64,000 bases of DNA, taken from Dehalococcoidia bacterium (GTDB lineage Bacteria > Chloroflexota > Dehalococcoidia > DSTF01 > WHTK01). Position 1 is the stretch's first letter, and every line of letters begins with the position of its first letter. This document shows, piece by piece, positions 28,002-35,192 of this stretch. The position numbers were made by a program, and so were the translations under genes. A model generated the notes under the pieces. That model saw only the letters and a list, made by a program, of their open reading frames with translations, ran no database searches and was not told the origin of the DNA. The stretch lies in assembly GCA_965247485.1 (NCBI GenBank), contig OZ252017.1, positions 1,018,173 through 1,082,172 of the forward strand, read 5' to 3'.

Positions 28002-28439
28002 TTGAGTAAGCAGGAAGTGACGAGACAGGGAAACTTGGCTGGCTCGCAAGTAGTGGCGCTACTAGGATTCGCGGGCATCTTTGCAGGCTCGTTCCTGCCC
28101 TGGGTTCGCGCGGGAATCTTTGAGACGACTGGCGTGGATGGGGATGGTGTCTATACGGCAGCGCTCGCGGTTGCTGGCGCGCTTTGCATGTTCGCCGCCC
28201 GAACCCAGGGATGGGCATGGCTAGCGGTTCTGGCGGCTGGAGCAGCGGGACTAATTTCGCTATTGGTCTTAAACGATCCGGTGGTCTATGCAGAAAGAAT
28301 TTCTGGCGGCTTCGTGGACCGTGGCCCGTTCGTCACTGCATCCGGGCTCGTATTGACGTTGGCTTCAAGCGCTATAGCCTTGATTGCGTCTTTTGCTCAC
28401 GTGTCCACCTTCCAACTTGCTGGCACCGGCGATGGCTGA
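28002..28439 (+). CDS. four-TM membrane protein (prophage accessory gene)
   Basis: 145-aa ORF with four hydrophobic segments (VVALLGFAGIFAGSFL, VYTAALAVAGALCMFAA, WAWLAVLAAGAAGLISLLVL, ASGLVLTLASSAIALIASFA). Confidence 0.55.
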   Translation: MSKQEVTRQGNLAGSQVVALLGFAGIFAGSFLPWVRAGIFETTGVDGDGVYTAALAVAGALCMFAARTQGWAWLAVLAAGAAGLISLLVLNDPVVYAERISGGFVDRGPFVTASGLVLTLASSAIALIASFAHVSTFQLAGTGDG

Positions 28440-28552
28440 CGAAGCTCCGGTCTGCCCGGTCCGCGGACGGCAGCTGAGCATCGATCGCGGCTACAAGCGG
28501 CGAAGGACCCTACTACGTCTGCTACCGAGCGCTTTCTTCAGAGGATGGCGGC

Positions 28553-28594
28553 AATGAAATCAACGCGCTCAGAAATGAAATCAACGCGCTCAGA
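28553..28594 (+). repeat. perfect 21-bp tandem duplication (AATGAAATCAACGCGCTCAGA x2)
   Basis: Copies at 28553-28573 and 28574-28594 are identical. In the open frame they encode NEINALR twice. Confidence 0.95.
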
Positions 28595-29255
28595 ACGGAG
28601 CTAAGCAACCGGATCTTCGAAGTTTCCAGTGGTAATGCCTTTGTGACTTTTCAGGCCTCGCGCCAATTTGCGGTCTGTTTCGATTCGGCTTACCTGCAAT
28701 TCGTGTCTGATCTTCAAGGAGGTCTTTCCCAGGACAGGGCTCTCGAATTCTTCGAAGCTGCAGAGCTCAAATGTGCAACTGATTCTCAGGAATTCATGAT
28801 CGCCGAGTTGAACAAATAGGACCCTAGCTCACACCTAACTAGAGCACATGGCGGCCCGACTTCCAAGACGGCGACACCAGCGACACCCCCTTTGACAGCG
28901 TGCAGATCGTCGGCGTCGTGCTTTTGATGAGCCGTGACGTAAGGGGTTAGCGGGGCCACCGGAGTTGTTGCAGCAGCCAGCACCAACTCTCACGTATTGG
29001 TGAGGTGTCAAGGAGGTGGTTGCGCGGTGGCGTAGATGGGCAATACGATTTAGGCTGACGGTTGGGGTCAGAGGTGCCCAGTCCTCAGGTTATTCGGAGA
29101 ATGCACAGAGATGACCAACAAGCTCTATGGCGATGAGGATCTCGATCTCCACTACCCGCAAGGAGTAGCCTTCCTCTACAATCACCGCGACGACATACAA
29201 GCCACGTACTCACCGGCACAAAGCGAGTGGAGGTGAGGCCAAAGGAGCCGAAGTC

Positions 29256-29930
29256 GTGACGAATGGCGCAATTCCCGACCGCCTCATGCGACCTATTTAC
29301 AGCTTTGCAGAGGCAGACTATCTGGCTGGGGCTACTAAAGGAACGACGGGTCGCTGGATAAAGGGCTACCACTACATGCGGGAGGGTCGGCGCATAAATC
29401 AGCCGCCCGTTACCCCGCGACCAGCGACCGTGACATCTGCCTCATTCCTCGACCTACTGGAGGTCGTTGTGATAGGGCGCTTTAAGAGGGCTGGTTTCTC
29501 TCTTGGTGCCGTTCGCTTAATCGTTACTGAGTGCCAGGAACTGCTCTCACTCCCACGGCCATTGGTACAGTTGAGATTTAAGAGTGATGGCCGGGAAGTG
29601 TTCATCGACCGGGGCGACACCTTGTTGGGGCTTGGCAGGCGAAAGCGGCATAGCGCATGGAATGAAGTTCTAGGGCCATTCCTCGAAGAAGTTGACTATT
29701 CCGAGGGATGGGCGGACCGATGGTGGCCGCTGGGCCAATCTCACGCAATATTGATTGACCCTGACTACGGATTTGGGCAACCAGTCATCGAAGGTTCGGG
29801 GGTACGGACTGAGATCATCATGGAAAGAGTAAGGGCAGGCGATCTTCCCGATGAAATAGCAGAGGACTTCAACGTTCGACCCCTAGAGGTTTATAAGGTT
29901 ATTCAATATGAAACCACTCGCGCAGCGTGA
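29256..29930 (+). CDS. VapB45-like protein: N-terminal HTH plus C-terminal DUF433 domain
   Basis: 224-aa ORF. Its C-terminus reads ILIDPDYGFGQPVIEGSGVRTEIIMERVRAGDLPDEIAEDFNVRPLEVYKVIQYE, which fits the DUF433 pattern as remembered. The start is GTG behind AAAGGAG. Confidence 0.55.
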   Translation: MTNGAIPDRLMRPIYSFAEADYLAGATKGTTGRWIKGYHYMREGRRINQPPVTPRPATVTSASFLDLLEVVVIGRFKRAGFSLGAVRLIVTECQELLSLPRPLVQLRFKSDGREVFIDRGDTLLGLGRRKRHSAWNEVLGPFLEEVDYSEGWADRWWPLGQSHAILIDPDYGFGQPVIEGSGVRTEIIMERVRAGDLPDEIAEDFNVRPLEVYKVIQYETTRAA

Positions 29931-30004
29931 TTTTCATAGACAGGTCGATCCCTAAGCCAGTGGCGGCGGCCCTTGGAAAAGTGCGAAGGGACGTTAGGTC
30001 ATAG
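29927..30004 (+). pseudogene. 25-codon remnant resembling the N-terminus of a DUF5615/PIN-like toxin
   Basis: A GTGA overlap links it to the upstream stop. VIFIDRSIPKPVAAALGKVRRDVRS* resembles M.FL.DENLP..L...L...GHDV. A stop at 30002-30004 truncates it. Confidence 0.3.
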
Positions 30005-30196
30005 GCATGGTCTCTCTCCTTATCAGTGGTAATCGACGAGAAGTTCTCGCGCACCGGGTGAAATGTGGCCAAAACTAAAAAGCGCCTCAGCTCAGGGAGC
30101 GGAGGCGCCGATAGCGTAACCCGCTATCCACTAGGAATACTATATTCTATGAGGCCGTCACCTCGGCGGTAGATCGATCTTGGGCGTGTACATTCG

Positions 30197-31174
30197 TTAG
30201 GCTTCGTCGGCAGTACCAGCAGCTCGATCCAATCCTTCCCATATCTGACGGAAGGCCATTGCTTCCCCTTCCAGAGCAAGCTGGAATTCTCTAGGAATCG
30301 GGGCAGGTTGAAGTATTGTCTCCCGCCTCACATCGAAGATAACCGGCTGAAGATGAGAATTACGGACAAGGGCTTGACCGTTCACATACTGGATCACTTG
30401 CCGGAATAACCGAGTTGGCCGAGGGGCAGGCAGCGACAACTTCACAGCGAGTGCATCTCCGTGTTCCCTCAATCCAAGCTCAGCTACTCCCCGGATGTCG
30501 AGGTCAGCCATCGAAACAACCTCTGGCTTTAGATCAAAGCAATTGGCCCCGTCATGCTTCTTCCAAAAGGCGATGTACGCTTCGCCCAGCTTCTGGAAGT
30601 GGTCGCGCTTGCCAGCAATGCCCTGACGGCTTATCAGGGAGGGCAGGGCCGCCTCGAATCTAGAAATGTCGTTTGTTTGCCAATGGGTCTGCTTGAGGGT
30701 GTTACGGAAGTCGCGATAGAAATCCCTCGCCGCGTAACCCTGAGGGTCGCTTTGGTAAAGCCGCGAGTCGCGGACAACTTTTACTTTCTGTGACGGTGAC
30801 GCCTCAACAAAGCGGCCGAAGGTCGAGACTGGTATGGTGTCGATTTTCAAAGTGGGGTACCTCTTTTTCGGTATATACCCCCCTATTTTAGGGGGGTACC
30901 CCCCAACTTGCAAAGGGTGCCCCACATGAGTGACGGGCATCGACCTTCTTTCGGCGTATGCCAAGTCATAAGTGAAGATACCGCGGCATTCAACACAGGG
31001 CACGTAAACCCGTGAGTCGTCGCTGACCAGGGGAGTATTTGCAGGCCATTCGGCGTGGTCGCAAATACGACAGTACGTATCTTCCGAGTCGCTTGCCCTA
31101 TACCAAAAATGAGCTGAGGGGTCGGGCTGGCCTGGTGGAGTTGCGGGCCAGACCTCGATAGGCTGAGAGGCCAT
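30197..31174 (-). CDS. hypothetical protein with an N-terminal four-Cys cluster (prophage accessory gene)
   Basis: 325-aa ORF with CRICDH...CVECRG near the N-terminus and an internal duplicated GGYPPK/GGYIPK. I recognise no family. Confidence 0.55.
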   Translation of the reverse strand: MASQPIEVWPATPPGQPDPSAHFWYRASDSEDTYCRICDHAEWPANTPLVSDDSRVYVPCVECRGIFTYDLAYAERRSMPVTHVGHPLQVGGYPPKIGGYIPKKRYPTLKIDTIPVSTFGRFVEASPSQKVKVVRDSRLYQSDPQGYAARDFYRDFRNTLKQTHWQTNDISRFEAALPSLISRQGIAGKRDHFQKLGEAYIAFWKKHDGANCFDLKPEVVSMADLDIRGVAELGLREHGDALAVKLSLPAPRPTRLFRQVIQYVNGQALVRNSHLQPVIFDVRRETILQPAPIPREFQLALEGEAMAFRQIWEGLDRAAGTADEA

Positions 31175-31485
31175 GGGTTTCTCTTCCTACCCGCCAGCCC
31201 AGGGAGGGCCACTCCCCCCTATATGGCTGCCCTAATCTTGCCTTGAATTAGGAACTGGCCAGGGGGAAAGGCTTCGGCTAGTTGGAAGTCGCTCATCAAA
31301 CCTACCTAGATGATCCTTCGGGACGTTTGCAACATAAGTTTATACGTTGCGCGGAAAATAAGAAAACAACACTTTCAGCTTTGCGAAAAACCATGTTTAG
31401 GCACAGCCAAGAAGACAGCCAAGAAGGCCGTGCGGGTCTCAAGTGAAAGCCTGTTCATACTGACTATTTTGCTTGAGCGCTAGGG

Positions 31486-31776
31486 TTAGTCAAGTGTGAT
31501 AGGGTCAAGTTGCGATTTTGCGCAAGTTAGCTCGACCAGGAGTTTGGTGGCGGTGTTCTTACTAGTCTCGGCCCAATAGCCCTCCTCGGGCTCCTCAGCT
31601 TTATACACAAGTACCGTGTAGTTCGATGGTACAAAATCTTGAGACAAACTACGGCACACAGATTTGACCGGTTTTGCGAGGGCCAGAACCTGCAACTCGA
31701 GAAGGCGCGCCGCAACCAGAGCACCCAGACGATAAGCGAACGGGTAACTCAAGTCCGGGATGGGCAGCACGGCCAA
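31486..31776 (-). CDS. hypothetical small protein
   Basis: 96-aa ORF. Its first 17 codons lie inside the module duplicated at 59-60 kb. YTVLVYKAEEPEEGYWAE is faintly HicB-like. Confidence 0.35.
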   Translation of the reverse strand: MAVLPIPDLSYPFAYRLGALVAARLLELQVLALAKPVKSVCRSLSQDFVPSNYTVLVYKAEEPEEGYWAETSKNTATKLLVELTCAKSQLDPITLD

Positions 31777-31779
31777 TAT

Positions 31780-31995
31780 TCACCGCTCGGTTAAGTCAGC
31801 CGACCAAGCTTCATTAAGCAATGAAGCTTTAGAGAAGCCAACTGCCTTAGGCTCGCGCTTCTCCTTTGCAGCCGTCTCATATTCCTCATCGGTGCAAACG
31901 ATCACGCTGCTCTCGGTTTTGCCTACGACACGCCGGGTGATCTCCCCGCCGTAAGCCTTGAGCCTCACCCACTGCCCTCTCTGAATCTCGGCCAT
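31780..31995 (-). CDS. 71-aa hypothetical protein (duplicate of 60446..60661)
   Basis: MAEIQRGQWVRLKAYGGEITRRVVGKTESSVIVCTDEEYETAAKEKREPKAVGFSKASLLNEAWSADLTER lies behind a GGAGGTG RBS. The track lists longer versions from upstream starts. Confidence 0.5.
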   Translation of the reverse strand: MAEIQRGQWVRLKAYGGEITRRVVGKTESSVIVCTDEEYETAAKEKREPKAVGFSKASLLNEAWSADLTER

Positions 31996-32166
31996 TAGTG
32001 CCACCTCCGCCCTAGAGTCTGCAGATGCCAAGCCGTCAGGAAATAAAAGGGAGCGGTGGGGCCTCATGGTTCTCGGGCCAAACCCCACCGCTAGAGAGGA
32101 GACAACTTTGCTCGTTACGGCCCCGCCCTGGCAACCCCAGTAGCCCCGGCTCTTATCAACTAATCC

Positions 32167-32319
32167 TTAGTGAGCTTTGTGGGCGACCTGGACGGCCTTC
32201 TTGATGAGGGCTAACAGGTCGCCCCTTTTGTATTCAGCATCCTGCCTCGCCTCGATAGAAGGATCACGTAACTTCCCTTCCTCGTAAGACGGGCGCGTGT
32301 GCTTATCTTGCTTCTTCAT
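32167..32319 (-). CDS. 50-aa hypothetical protein (duplicate of 59332..59484)
   Basis: MKKQDKHTRPSYEEGKLRDPSIEARQDAEYKRGDLLALIKKAVQVAHKAH is followed by a GCGGTGGGG...CCCCACCGC hairpin plus a T-rich tract. It is not in the track because it is shorter than 60 aa. Confidence 0.4.
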   Translation of the reverse strand: MKKQDKHTRPSYEEGKLRDPSIEARQDAEYKRGDLLALIKKAVQVAHKAH

Positions 32320-32355
32320 TTGCCTAGTTTATCATCTATGCGCGTTGCTCGGGGT

Positions 32356-32592
32356 TCATCGCTTCGCCCTCCCCTTGATGCAGATCGCTAGGTCGCCTGA
32401 CCAGTCGTGATCGTCCAGGGCCTCTTTGCACTCGTGGCAGACGTCGTCTACTTCGGCGATCACCTGAATCACGTTCCGTTGATGGCAGCGCGCGCACTGA
32501 TGCCAGTAGGCCGCGGCGGGCTCCATCTCCACGATGAGCGGATAGTCGATGCCGCAAGCCGGGCAGCGGGACTTGGCTATGTAGAAGGCCAT
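32356..32592 (-). CDS. small multi-Cys zinc-ribbon-like protein
   Basis: ATG 32592 gives 78 aa with CPACG...CARCH...CHECK. Confidence 0.45.
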   Translation of the reverse strand: MAFYIAKSRCPACGIDYPLIVEMEPAAAYWHQCARCHQRNVIQVIAEVDDVCHECKEALDDHDWSGDLAICIKGRAKR

Positions 32593-32593
32593 C

Positions 32594-32767
32594 TCAAATG
32601 TCACACGCAGGGGCTGTTGCCCACTGTCCGAGTTTCGGGTCAAAGTATGCAAAGGCCTGCTCGTGGTCGATCACCGGCCGTGCACGAGCGTGCTCCATCT
32701 CGTTAAAGGCCACCCCCACCGCGAAGCCGAGGGCGAACGCTAAGGCAGCGTAGGCCCAGATGGTCAT
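32594..32767 (-). CDS. small single-TM protein in the lysis cassette, tentative
   Basis: 57 aa: MTIWAYAALAFALGFAVGVAFNEMEH... An ATGA overlap links it to the upstream ORF. It is not in the track. Confidence 0.35.
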   Translation of the reverse strand: MTIWAYAALAFALGFAVGVAFNEMEHARARPVIDHEQAFAYFDPKLGQWATAPACDI

Positions 32768-32961
32768 TTCGACGACGGCTCTAGAGGCCGACCGGTCATG
32801 AGTCGGTAGCCAACGACCATAAAGCCATTGACAACACCGATGATCGCAAGCTGCTGCGGCTCACTCACCGACATGCCAAACGAGGTCGCCGCTACCAGGC
32901 AGGCGTTCACCAACGCGGCGATCTCGAGCCTGCTCGTAATGATCCTTGAGAGCCAGGTCAT
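32764..32961 (-). CDS. holin-like two-TM protein, tentative
   Basis: ATG 32961 lies behind AAGGAGA. The product reads MTWLSRIITSRLEIAALVNACLVAATSFGMSV...LAIIGVVNGFMVVGYRLM. Confidence 0.45.
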   Translation of the reverse strand: MTWLSRIITSRLEIAALVNACLVAATSFGMSVSEPQQLAIIGVVNGFMVVGYRLMTGRPLEPSSK

Positions 32962-33020
32962 ATCTTCCGTCTCCTTACGTGCTCCTGCCCTGCCCGCCGC
33001 CCGGCGGGACACCGGCTTGT

Positions 33021-33692
33021 CTACAACTTTGGCTTCGGGCCTGTCGACTCGGCCATCTCCCAGAGGGCGTACCTGTGGTTGCGGTGCAGCTTCGTCGGGT
33101 CTTTGCCTTCAAAGCTGGCTTTGTAGAAGTAAGCGAAGGCATGAGCAAACTCCCGATCGGTCGGCTCCCAAGCCAACGGTGCCGATGGTGTCGGGGCTAG
33201 CAGCACGTCGTCCCACTTCACATCGTTGAGCATCCCGGCGCAGGCTGTCCCTTCACCTGGCCGGGCCCAGTCGTTGTGTCCCTTGATCTCCCGCCCGGGG
33301 TAGACCACGAGCAGTTCCTTGACCGCCCCCACGATGCCGTCCCACTGGGCCTGCTCGGGCAAAGAGTTGGTGAAATTACCCACGGCGGCGATGCCTATTA
33401 ATTGGTGGTTGCGGGCCTTTACGTGCGCCCTCTGGCCGTCGTAGTCGCCGACCTGATAGGCGCGCCCCGAGGGGAAGACCAAGACGTGGTAGCCGATTGA
33501 GTAGGCGGTGCCGAATATCTTGTTATGACCACGGTCAATCGCTTGAATATGGTTCTTCTCGGCCTTGATCGTCGAGTTGACCGAAAGCTGTGTCACGGTG
33601 TGGTGGATAGCGATGCCGATGAAGGAGGAGGCCGGGTGCTTGGCAACGCCGTGAGGCTTCAGGATGATGTCGCGGGCGTCAATAATTGTCAT
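33021..33692 (-). CDS. N-acetylmuramoyl-L-alanine amidase (Amidase_2/PGRP-type endolysin)
   Basis: 223-aa ORF with GIAIHHTVT, SIGYHVLVFPSGRAYQVGD, AHVKARNHQLIGIAAVGNF and IKGHNDW...CAG. Confidence 0.8.
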   Translation of the reverse strand: MTIIDARDIILKPHGVAKHPASSFIGIAIHHTVTQLSVNSTIKAEKNHIQAIDRGHNKIFGTAYSIGYHVLVFPSGRAYQVGDYDGQRAHVKARNHQLIGIAAVGNFTNSLPEQAQWDGIVGAVKELLVVYPGREIKGHNDWARPGEGTACAGMLNDVKWDDVLLAPTPSAPLAWEPTDREFAHAFAYFYKASFEGKDPTKLHRNHRYALWEMAESTGPKPKL

Positions 33693-33925
33693 ATCTTCGT
33701 CCTCTCGTGTTCCTGGCGCGTGTGAGCGTCGATTCTTGCCTCGTTGCTAAGGCTCCGGTCTTTGTTCTCGGCCACGGTGCCGTTGAGCGTGTCGAGCCGG
33801 TCGGTGATACCCTTCACGTCGCCCTTGGTTGCGAGCTTTGATACGAGCCAGGCCGCGGCCCCGACAATGGCCGTGAAGGTGCCGACTGTCTCCAGGACGA
33901 GGCGGATGACTTCGGTCTCTGTCAT
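33689..33925 (-). CDS. small membrane protein (holin or lysis-associated), tentative
   Basis: 78-aa ORF with TM helix VLETVGTFTAIVGAAAWLVSKL. An ATGA overlap links it to the endolysin. Confidence 0.45.
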   Translation of the reverse strand: MTETEVIRLVLETVGTFTAIVGAAAWLVSKLATKGDVKGITDRLDTLNGTVAENKDRSLSNEARIDAHTRQEHERTKI

Positions 33926-33979
33926 TCGGTACTCACCTCAGCACGTCCAGGACAGGCCGAGGGATGGACGGTGAGCCTC

Positions 33980-34801
33980 TCATGCCAGAATCCACTCTTC
34001 GACGATCACCACGCCCGCGGCACCCGCGCCTCCGGCTCGGCCTGTCGTATCGTTTTCGGCAGCGCCACCGCCACCGCCGCCGTAGTCTCCTCCATCATGA
34101 CCGAGTTGGTCGCCTCGGCCTCCTGCACCACCTCCACCCAGAACACTGCTGCCACCAGGTCCGCCGATGTCATGGAACCCGTTATCGAGATTGACCATGC
34201 TCCCGTATCCTGCAGACCCGCCCTCGACATTGATGTCTCCACCACTGCCCAAACCGCCAAGCCGACCTACCGTGAAGTAAACATCATTTGCTCCAACACC
34301 TGACGCCCCGTGTCCTCCAAGCCCGCCCGTGGCGGAAAGGTACGTCCCGAAAGAGGTGTCTCCGCCTTTTACTCCCATTCCACCGCTGCTTGAGCCGGCC
34401 GCACCGGCCGCACCGACCGTTACAGCCACGGTTGCAGCGAGGGAGGCCGCGCCAAAAAGCTCCTCGGAATATCCACCACCACCGCCACCGCCGCCCGCTG
34501 CCACCTCGTCAGCGTTGTTCGGCTTGGCTCCACCACCACCGCCACCGCCACCGACCACGCGCACGCGGGCATAGAGAAGACCCGTGGGCTTTGTCCAGGT
34601 GGCGTTGGCGGTGTACACCTGCATCGCCATGGAGAGAGCAACCTCGGCGATAGCGTTTGCGCCGGTCACGCGAAAGATCTTGCCGGCCGTCGTTGCCTTG
34701 CCAGGCGCCGTCTCAAGCAGGTTGTCGCGCAGGTGTGTGTTGAGCCCGCCGGCGGTGACGATTTCAGCGGTCACCCATGTTTTGGGTGCAGTCCAGGTCA
34801 T
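33980..34801 (-). CDS. glycine-rich tail fiber/tip protein
   Basis: 273-aa ORF. The N-terminus MTWTAPKTWVTAEIVTAGGLNTHLRDNLLE is typical of phage fibre proteins. There are two G8 runs and a Gly-rich C-terminal half. Confidence 0.6.
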   Translation of the reverse strand: MTWTAPKTWVTAEIVTAGGLNTHLRDNLLETAPGKATTAGKIFRVTGANAIAEVALSMAMQVYTANATWTKPTGLLYARVRVVGGGGGGGGAKPNNADEVAAGGGGGGGGYSEELFGAASLAATVAVTVGAAGAAGSSSGGMGVKGGDTSFGTYLSATGGLGGHGASGVGANDVYFTVGRLGGLGSGGDINVEGGSAGYGSMVNLDNGFHDIGGPGGSSVLGGGGAGGRGDQLGHDGGDYGGGGGGAAENDTTGRAGGAGAAGVVIVEEWILA

Positions 34802-35184
34802 GACATGGCCTCCGTCTCACTAACCAGATCAGTCACGCTCTCATGTGGCAGCCAGTTCTTGTTGTTCTCCTTGCTGCGCTTGGCCAGCTCGGCCTCGATG
34901 GCTTCCTTCTCACCCGGCCATTGCACCGCGAGGAAACGATTCCCGACCGGCTCGTTGAAACAAGTCAGGCAGTAGAAACGCGGCGAGTCGGGGTCGGCGG
35001 CCTCGGCGCCGGCGCAGAACGGGCAGCGCACGATCCAGCGGCCATGGTTGACCTCAGCCTTGAGGATTGGCTCGGCGGCCTCGCCGGAGGGCAGTGGTGT
35101 CCGGCCGTGGTTGCGGGCGTGGCTGGCCATGACTAGGTCCATGTCCGACACTCCGCCAGCCAGGTCTCGCGCTGTCTTAATCAT
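34798..35184 (-). CDS. hypothetical tail-module protein with CxxC...CxxC
   Basis: 128-aa ORF with RCPFCAG...YCLTCFN. It is coupled to the fibre gene. Confidence 0.45.
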   Translation of the reverse strand: MIKTARDLAGGVSDMDLVMASHARNHGRTPLPSGEAAEPILKAEVNHGRWIVRCPFCAGAEAADPDSPRFYCLTCFNEPVGNRFLAVQWPGEKEAIEAELAKRSKENNKNWLPHESVTDLVSETEAMS

Positions 35185-35192
35185 GTATCACC

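Larger units (their letters stand above)
31727..32344. repeat. copy A of a ~0.6-kb module also present (inverted) in the IS1595 cargo
   Basis: 31727-32030 is the reverse complement of 60411-60714. 32031-32344 is the reverse complement of 59307-59621, apart from a 3-bp and a 2-bp indel. Confidence 0.9.

Noticed and set aside
28553-28594. Possible CRISPR or other repeat array at the 21-bp tandem repeat.
   Set aside because: There are only two directly adjacent copies with no spacers, and they lie inside an open reading frame. I saw no CRISPR-like repeat-spacer periodicity anywhere in the window.
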